Part shown: positions 57,651 to 64,000 of the stretch, in pieces
How the letters are laid out: the number at the start of each line of letters is the position of its first letter
How positions within the stretch are numbered: the stretch's first letter is position 1
NCBI GenBank assembly: GCA_016188495.1
Contig: JACPHU010000010.1
Span: forward strand, 349-64,348
DNA from: Candidatus Uhrbacteria bacterium
Lineage (GTDB): Bacteria; Patescibacteriota; Patescibacteriia; UBA9934; GWF2-40-263
Direction: 5' to 3'
Length of the DNA: 64,000 nt
Notes under the pieces: generated by a model
Database searches by the model: none
What the model was told of the DNA's origin: nothing
What the model saw: the letters and a program-made list of their open reading frames with translations, nothing else
Program-made: the position numbers and the translations under genes

Positions 57651-59300
57651 ATGTCTGAATTTCAACCTATTCATGAACATTCCCAACGAATGCCGTTACA
57701 TGATTTAAAACCGCATGAGTTGCCGCAAGAAAAAGAATCAACAGAAGAATTTAAAATTTTTACAGGTCTTTCGCGCGAGGCGTATGCTGCGCGTGCGGAG
57801 AAAAAACAAGGAGTTGAAGCGCGGGAAATGTTTGAGCGCGTTTGTTCTATTGCAGAGACAATAAGAGAAAAAGGGGGGCGTGCTCTTTTGGTCGGCGGGT
57901 CTGTGCGTGATGAAGTGTTGGGCTTGCCAAGCAAGGATTTTGATTTGGAGGTCTATGGAATACAACCAGATCAGATGGAGGAGTTGTTGAAACCGTTTGG
58001 GAAAATGGATTTAGTAGGAAAGGCATTTGGCATTATCAAAATAACTGATGGAGGGATGGATATTGATGTGTCCATCCCTAGACGCGATTCGAAAGTGTAT
58101 GAGGATGGGGAGGTGCATGTGGAACCTGATCCAACGATGTCGATCAAAGAGGCGGCAAAGCGACGCGATTTCACGTTTAACGCTCTTTCAAAAGATCCGT
58201 TAACCGGAGATATTTTTGATCCGTTCAATGGGATTGAGGATTTGCGCACCCGCACGCTTCGCGTGACCGACACGGAATTATTTAAAGACGATTCGTTGCG
58301 TGTGATGCGCGGGGCGCAGTTTATCGGACGGTTCGGGCTAAAAGCGGATCCCCAATCCATGCAGCTGTTTCAAGAAATGGTTCCTTTTTTGGATAGGCTT
58401 CCTAAGGAGCGGTTTTATCAGGAGTGGAATAAATTGCTGTTGAAATCAGAACGACCGGCGCGTGCGCTTCAGGCACTTTTTGATATGGGGGTTATTGAGA
58501 CCGTTTATCCTGAATTGTTCATTGCGAAGGGGACACCACAAGAATTTGAGTGGCATCCAGAAGGGGATGTTTGGGTACATACGCTTATGGTTGTGGATGA
58601 GGCGAGCAGAATCTGTCAACAGGAGCAGCTAGATAAAACAAAAACAGAGACCATTATGCTTGCAAGTTTGTGTCATGATTTGGGAAAACCAGGAACTACC
58701 CAATGGAAGGATGGTCGTTGGCGTTCGCAAGGACACGAGCCTGCAGGGGAGGAACCAACAAGGATTTTTTTGGAAAAGATCGGAGTGTCCAAAGAACTGC
58801 AACAAAAAGTCGTTGCTCTTGTGAAGGAACATTTGTGGCCAGGAACCATGTATCGACTGCATGCGGAAGGGAGCTTTGTTTCCGATGGAGCCTTTCGAAG
58901 ACTTGCTAAACGTCTTTTCCCCGCAACGGTTGAAGAATTAACGTACGTTGCCCAAGCGGATCATCAAGGACGCGGACCGTTTGCAGACCCTAAAGAGAAA
59001 GATCAATTTTTATTACCGCCAGATTACCCGGCAGGAAAATGGGTCAGATCGCAGGCGCGACGACTGGGAGTAGAAAAAGAACCTCCAAAACCTATTTTGC
59101 TTGGACGAGATCTGATACAGTTCGGACTCAAACCAAGTACAAAACCAGGAGAAAGGTTTGGAGAATTAATAAAATTCTCGGAGCAATTACGAGATGATCA
59201 CAATATTTCGCATGAAGAGCTTCTCGCGTTGTTGGCAGGCATCTCTTCTGTACAAGAGGCAAAGCAAAGAATGGAATCACGGATTTTGCAAAAGATGTAA
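57651..59300 (+). CDS. cca: CCA tRNA nucleotidyltransferase with HD domain
   Basis: LVGGSVRD...KDFDLEV, RRDFTFNA, DSLRVMRGAQF, WHPEGDVWVHT, CHDLGK. Confidence 0.92.
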   Translation: MSEFQPIHEHSQRMPLHDLKPHELPQEKESTEEFKIFTGLSREAYAARAEKKQGVEAREMFERVCSIAETIREKGGRALLVGGSVRDEVLGLPSKDFDLEVYGIQPDQMEELLKPFGKMDLVGKAFGIIKITDGGMDIDVSIPRRDSKVYEDGEVHVEPDPTMSIKEAAKRRDFTFNALSKDPLTGDIFDPFNGIEDLRTRTLRVTDTELFKDDSLRVMRGAQFIGRFGLKADPQSMQLFQEMVPFLDRLPKERFYQEWNKLLLKSERPARALQALFDMGVIETVYPELFIAKGTPQEFEWHPEGDVWVHTLMVVDEASRICQQEQLDKTKTETIMLASLCHDLGKPGTTQWKDGRWRSQGHEPAGEEPTRIFLEKIGVSKELQQKVVALVKEHLWPGTMYRLHAEGSFVSDGAFRRLAKRLFPATVEELTYVAQADHQGRGPFADPKEKDQFLLPPDYPAGKWVRSQARRLGVEKEPPKPILLGRDLIQFGLKPSTKPGERFGELIKFSEQLRDDHNISHEELLALLAGISSVQEAKQRMESRILQKM

Positions 59301-59373
59301 ATCTAAATAGGAGATAAAACGAGCTATTGCAACCAAACCGTTGGAATGCTACACTTTTTTCCGCAATTCAGTT

Positions 59374-59448
59374 GCGGAAATAGCTCAGTGGTAGAGCGTC
59401 TCCTTGCCAAGGAGAAGGTCGCGGGTTCGATACCCGTTTTCCGCTCCA
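59374..59448 (+). tRNA. tRNA-Gly(GCC)
   Basis: GCGGAAA/TTTCCGC acceptor, TCTCC-TT-GCC-AA-GGAGA, encoded CCA; promoter TTGCAA-17-TACACT upstream. Confidence 0.96.
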
Positions 59449-59488
59449 TAAAAAGACTCTAGTAAAAACTGGAGTCTTTTTTGTTCTT

Positions 59489-60019
59489 TTATTGAGTATA
59501 AGGAGGCATGGTTTGTACCTTGAATGACCCGTCTTCGGATTTGGTCACCGTAAATGGAAAAACGTTTTGGGATGTTTCTTCAGGAGAGGAACCGTCTGGA
59601 GTATTGATGCGGAATTCTGAGCCGTCTTCATTGGAGAACCAGACGTAGACGATATAGGCGTCATCCTTTTGTCCCGCTTCTAAACTTCTTATTTCTAAAC
59701 AATTGAGTCCATTTATTTCACAGCCATTTTTCCACAGTTGGGCATAATCCGTTTTGTTGATGGTCGGATTCCAGTCCTGTAACTGAGTGTAGTCTGATCC
59801 ATAATAATATGATGCTTCTTCGTATTGTTTGTCGTGCAAACTGGAGAGAAATATGATCACCGCCTCTTTTGCTTTGTCTATGTCCGCTTGATTTAGACTT
59901 TCTTGTACAAGAGAATTTATGTCTGTGGGTTGTTGTACATTTTTTGTAATTAAGAATGTAGCTGCTACAGCGATAGCAATACCGATGATGAGAAATAAAA
60001 AATGGGAACGATTTTTCAT
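59489..60019 (-). CDS. Hypothetical exported protein
   Basis: N-terminal TM/signal; C..NG..CL motif. Confidence 0.75.
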   Translation of the reverse strand: MKNRSHFLFLIIGIAIAVAATFLITKNVQQPTDINSLVQESLNQADIDKAKEAVIIFLSSLHDKQYEEASYYYGSDYTQLQDWNPTINKTDYAQLWKNGCEINGLNCLEIRSLEAGQKDDAYIVYVWFSNEDGSEFRINTPDGSSPEETSQNVFPFTVTKSEDGSFKVQTMPPYTQ

Positions 60020-60181
60020 ATTTTATCTTGTTCAGAGAGGAGGAACTTTATCCTATTAGTATAACCTGCTTGATCTATGGGCATTAAAAGTTTTTCTCTC
60101 ATCTGATTTTTAAAACAAAACACCCCGCCAGACCAGCAATCATCCGACGGGATGTCTTGTTGGGTAGGACGGGGTAGTAGA

Positions 60182-60475
60182 TTACTTGGTCTCGACGAAC
60201 GTCACGGATCCTTCGACGAGACCAAACGAGCTGTCTTCCTGGAAGACGCTGGTTTCCGGCATCTCGCTTTCTCGCATGGGGCGCGTTAGGTGCCACATAT
60301 CATCATTCTTCCAGGTCACCACTACGAGCTTACGACCCGGCGGCAGGTTGACCGTGATATCACCACCGAATTGTTTCGCGATCTGATTCTGGGTGCAGCT
60401 ACTGAGTAGACTGGCAACGAAGAGGGCAAAAAGACCGAGAGTACCGAAGACAATCGCACGAGTGTGTCTGGACAT
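60182..60475 (-). CDS. Small lipoprotein of a family often seen in phages
   Basis: LSSC lipobox; FGG.ITVNLPPG.KLV.VTWK.DD.W.LTRPM...FQE.S.FG..EG.V.FVE; SD GGAGG. Confidence 0.75.
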   Translation of the reverse strand: MSRHTRAIVFGTLGLFALFVASLLSSCTQNQIAKQFGGDITVNLPPGRKLVVVTWKNDDMWHLTRPMRESEMPETSVFQEDSSFGLVEGSVTFVETK

Positions 60476-60780
60476 GGATAGTCCTCCATGAAGTGTGATC
60501 CTGACCTTTCCCGGGGATCGGGATTGTTCAATGGATTTGTCACAATGACGCTGACAAATATTTCATAAAATTCCTTTTTTGTCAAGATTTATTTTAATAA
60601 ACAGATTAAATTAATTGATTATTTTGGTTATATTTTTTGACAAAATCATGATTTTCTGTTAATATTTCACGTTATTTATTTTTTCTTGAAAAGGAAATAT
60701 TCATTATTTTCTTTTTACGAAGATTACCAGACCCTTGGTAATTGAATGATTCTTCCAGTGCAATTCTATTAGGGGGTAAC

Positions 60781-61449
60781 GTGAATACCATTTTTCTGGT
60801 TCTTCTTCTTTCGAATGTCGTTTGTTTCTTCATTCCTGGTTTCTGGATTCAGGTCTGGACGACCTACCGTTCTTTGCGTTTGCGTCACTTCGGAGTTTTT
60901 CTGGTTCTTCTTGTTATTGTGGCGGTTGGAGCAAACACTATTTCCAATCTTCATCCCGCATTCGCTTGGGGGTGGTCACCCACTGGTGACAACATAGGTA
61001 TCGCTCCGATGTCGAGTGCCATAAAACATGGGGGACTGGAAAAGATTGTAGGTATGCTAGGATTCGTTCTTATTTTGTTGGTCATGCCCAGTGCCGTCCT
61101 ATTCGAGGAGAAAATGTTTCGTTACAAGAAACTTGCGTGGGGAAAGGTTGTTTTTTCATCGATTGTCTTTGGCTTCATGCACTGTCTTCTAGCGGGACTT
61201 TCTCTGGGTATCGGCTTGATTCTGAGTGTGGTCGGTTTCGTTCTCGCCATCCTCTACCGAAAGGCATACTTTCATACCTTCGCCAAACTTGATGGTGAAT
61301 TTATGAGGATTGATGAAGAAGATCCTTCTCCTATCTCGGAGGATATTCGTGCAGATTTGAGTCATGAAGCAGCCCTCAAAGAATCGACTTGTTATCATTT
61401 GGCTTACAATACAAGTCTGATTCTTATCGTGATCGTCGTCAACCTGTAA
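60781..61449 (+). CDS. CPBP (Abi/CAAX) intramembrane metalloprotease
   Basis: FEEKMFR, FGFMH and HLAYN motifs in a polytopic protein. Confidence 0.8.
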   Translation: MNTIFLVLLLSNVVCFFIPGFWIQVWTTYRSLRLRHFGVFLVLLVIVAVGANTISNLHPAFAWGWSPTGDNIGIAPMSSAIKHGGLEKIVGMLGFVLILLVMPSAVLFEEKMFRYKKLAWGKVVFSSIVFGFMHCLLAGLSLGIGLILSVVGFVLAILYRKAYFHTFAKLDGEFMRIDEEDPSPISEDIRADLSHEAALKESTCYHLAYNTSLILIVIVVNL

Positions 61450-61468
61450 TTGAAAAGAAGGAGGTTGT

Positions 61469-61747
61469 ATGCGAATTCTGTACGTAGGAACAGGGATGGT
61501 GATTGGCGGGGTATCGCTCATGATGCCGGTCATACTCCTCTTGGGTTTTTCGAAAATGACTGCCGGTATCGTGGGTATGAGTATTTCCACTATTGGTTTC
61601 GTTATCCAAATGTACGCCATGTTCAGTATTCGGGCTTCTTTTGAACAAGAATCCAAATTGTTAGAGCAGAAGCACGAAGCCGTTATGGAGAAAGCCAAAA
61701 CGCTTCCGCCAGAGGAAGCTATCAACTTGCTATTGAGTGATAAGTAA
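61469..61747 (+). CDS. Hypothetical two-TM protein
   Basis: SD AGGAGG; two hydrophobic helices and a charged tail. Confidence 0.7.
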   Translation: MRILYVGTGMVIGGVSLMMPVILLLGFSKMTAGIVGMSISTIGFVIQMYAMFSIRASFEQESKLLEQKHEAVMEKAKTLPPEEAINLLLSDK

Positions 61748-61944
61748 CATCATGAAACGACGAAGAGACGGAACGTTCCGCCTCTTTTTTATTTTGGTCT
61801 TTAGAATCCGTGCTGATATCGTTTAAACAGCTGATTGTTCTCTCAATCACTCTTTCCTCCCCATAACCTGCGGGAGGATTTTTAAATCCGATCATAGTGT
61901 TGGTGATATGATATATCCATCGTTGAATCAACCAACATATTTTT

Positions 61945-62673
61945 ATGAAACATCAACCGTTTGAACGACTTCATACCATGCTCGATCAACAGCTTCTGCC
62001 TTCGATGATTGAAAAAGGACAGCAGAAAGAAAGAATAAGTAAAAAGAAGATAGATCTTTTTTGTCGCGAATTACTTGAAGAAAATCCTTTATTAAGAGAA
62101 ACAATTACAAAACAGATGTCTTTTTTGAGAGAACATAAACTTCCGTTACCCGCTGTTCATATCACGTCAAAATCTCTTCTTCAGAAAGACGGAACTCAAC
62201 AGAGTACAGGCTTTGTTGAAAATATTAAAAAGAACGGATTTCGCAAGAGAGATACCAACGTAGGAATTTTTATAAGACGGGGTCAGAAACCTGTTCCTGC
62301 CAACCCTGAATTTTTTGAAGTAAACCCTCAGGAGTTTATTAAATCCGTGCGCTTATTTTTAGAAAGATATACTCGCCACGGACTCAGAACCAATAAGCAA
62401 GTTTTAGGAGATTTTAGAGAAAAGGGAAAGGGAATTCCTGCGATGGTTCTGATTCAGGGAAATTTAGCCTTAGAGCATGGGACCGATTACGACGACCACT
62501 TTATTTTAAAAGAAGGAACGAGTCCGGATGAAATTATCGGGAGTATAGATTTGGAAAAACACAATGAACCAACATCAAAAGAAGATCTCACCCATCTCGT
62601 CCAAGAGATACTCAACCAAGTCGATTTTTATTATCGATCTGGTCTGCAAGAGAAGAACGAACTTGCTGCTTAG
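61945..62673 (+). CDS. Hypothetical protein
   Basis: 242-aa ORF; no confident family. Confidence 0.75.
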   Translation: MKHQPFERLHTMLDQQLLPSMIEKGQQKERISKKKIDLFCRELLEENPLLRETITKQMSFLREHKLPLPAVHITSKSLLQKDGTQQSTGFVENIKKNGFRKRDTNVGIFIRRGQKPVPANPEFFEVNPQEFIKSVRLFLERYTRHGLRTNKQVLGDFREKGKGIPAMVLIQGNLALEHGTDYDDHFILKEGTSPDEIIGSIDLEKHNEPTSKEDLTHLVQEILNQVDFYYRSGLQEKNELAA

Positions 62674-62742
62674 AGTGGAAAATTTTAAATAAAAGACCCC
62701 ACCAGGCAGATGATCCGGGTGGGGTTTTCGTTTGGTTGTAGC

Positions 62743-63383
62743 TTACCAGAACAAGTTGGTTGCGATGATACGACCATCTGTTGATTGCCCTCGTACGAGT
62801 CCCATTCGAGTTGTCGCAACTTCCTCGCTCGTGAACAGCCTTATGGCTGGGTGCACGTATAACGACCGGAAGATTGTTTTAGGTACAATCATCTCAAACA
62901 GGTGAAAATATCGGTATGAAAAAGGATTTTCATCTGGCTGTGCAGACGCGCGAGGACTGTCCGTCTCGCCAGCCTGATGTAGAGATTTTACGTAACGAAT
63001 TTGAATATCCGCTGCTTCTTCTACAGTCAAAATAGGAGGCATACCGGGAAGTTCAATGGTCGTGAGTTCTTCTTGGATTTCTCGAACAGGATCTGTCTCA
63101 CAAAACTGAGGATCCCGATTGCTAAAGAGATCCATTACCTCTGTGAAGTGTCGCATCTGAACGAGGAATCGAGCATCGTTCCCTTTTTCCATTTTGGCCT
63201 GGAATCGATCCTCTAAAATATGGACGCCCATGTCAGTGAGCTCTGCTGCTCCACCGATGGCACCATAGATCCGTTCGCCTCGCATCAGATGTCTGCGGTT
63301 GAGCAGACCAAGAAAATGAGTTCTCCTGTTTCAGACACAATGACTCTTGGAACTAGATTAGCCACGGAAATTCGTATTTCCAT
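62743..63383 (-). pseudogene. SMODS-associated Nudix-like protein, frameshifted near the 5' end
   Basis: ATG 63383 gives MEIRISVANL...GELIF; a one-base shift continues LGLLNRRHLMRGERIYGAIGG...NDARFLV...ETDPVREIQEEL (RExxEE). Confidence 0.5.
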
Positions 63384-63487
63384 TTTATTTCTCTTAAAGA
63401 AAAACGCATCCATGATCAGTAGTATGTCAGCTGCGTGACTGTTGCCGATATGCATGGATGCGCGAGTTGTTGTCGTCTGAATTTGAT

Positions 63488-63637
63488 TTACTTATTCTTC
63501 CAGAACTGCGCCCCGAAGACCATGGGCGCATAAAGTCCGATGAGTGGCCATGCAGATTGTGTAATCTGTACGGCGAAACCGATTGCGACACACATTGCCA
63601 CCATGGATACACAGCCGGCGATATTGCGAGAGATCAT
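63488..63637 (-). CDS. Small hydrophobic protein (49 aa)
   Basis: MISRNIAGCVSMVAMCVAIGFAVQITQSAWPLIGLYAPMVFGAQFWKNK; SD TAAGGAG; 1 nt after the upstream stop. Confidence 0.55.
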   Translation of the reverse strand: MISRNIAGCVSMVAMCVAIGFAVQITQSAWPLIGLYAPMVFGAQFWKNK

Positions 63638-63638
63638 T

Positions 63639-63845
63639 TTAGCTCCTTACTGTTTCATTGACGTGGACATGATCATCCTGGGGAACAAGCGTGAATGTTG
63701 TTCCACAATCTTGACAGCGTAGTTTCACGATCTTTTTACGTCTGTTCCCCATCTGCATCTGAACGGGGTGTTTGAAGCTTTCCTCCCCGGTTTCCTCATT
63801 GACGAGACCGTTTCGACGACAGTTACAGACAACGTCAACGAACAC
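63639..63845 (-). CDS. Small Zn-ribbon-like protein (possibly 5'-truncated by a nonsense codon)
   Basis: CNC...CQDC; upstream in-frame ATG AAA TGA at 63887. Confidence 0.5.
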   Translation of the reverse strand: MFVDVVCNCRRNGLVNEETGEESFKHPVQMQMGNRRKKIVKLRCQDCGTTFTLVPQDDHVHVNETVRS

Positions 63846-64000
63846 GATCCCGTCACCCTTGGCCGTGAACCCAAAAATTCATTTCATCGCTAAGTAAATA
63901 CAAAAAGGACATCTGGTATCCTGTGAGGTGTATAACTCTTCACAAGAAAACCGTATGTCCTTTTTGTATTCTGAGAATATCACTGAACTTTTTATTTGGG

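Noticed and set aside
59358-59380. 9-bp hairpin pairing the tRNA-Gly leader with its acceptor 5' strand
   Set aside because: About half of the left arm lies upstream of the start site predicted from the TTGCAA-17-TACACT promoter, so little would be transcribed.
63639-63887. TGA recoded as Gly (code 25), suggested by ATG AAA TGA in frame with the Zn-ribbon ORF
   Set aside because: Conserved genes (rnhB, nfo, rnpA, iscS) end at TGA at the expected positions and core genes are not interrupted by TGA; a point nonsense change or alternative start is simpler.

Overview
Origin-of-replication region of a small-genome bacterium, very probably Patescibacteria/CPR (Parcubacteria/ABY1-like). That assignment is inferred from the TrbC/VirB2-type pilin array, mostly SD-less housekeeping genes and overall gene content; the genetic code is standard. 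The core comprises yidD-rnpA-rpmH, dnaA-oriC-dnaN, tig, nfo, rnhB, hppA, PBP1A, ruvB, polX, cca, galU, an Fe-S assembly operon, surface-glycan genes and four tRNAs (Cys, Ser, Leu, Gly). Three things stand out. (1) An accessory block at 4.1-11.7 kb encodes an orphan 660-aa protein, an SNF2-like ATPase fused to a class I SAM methyltransferase, a catalytically altered MPG/AAG-like DNA glycosylase, a small partner sharing its C-terminal domain, and a DGQHR protein: a candidate undescribed DNA-modification or defence system. (2) A family of ~130-nt covarying hairpin elements has copies 3-5 nt upstream of three of the four tRNA genes. A second, self-nesting CCCTGAGC...GTCGAAGGG repeat family is also present, with copies flanking tRNA-Ser next to a GIY-YIG pseudogene. 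(3) A structured leader plus terminator lies upstream of a lone ribA. All family assignments come from motif recognition by eye, not database searches.
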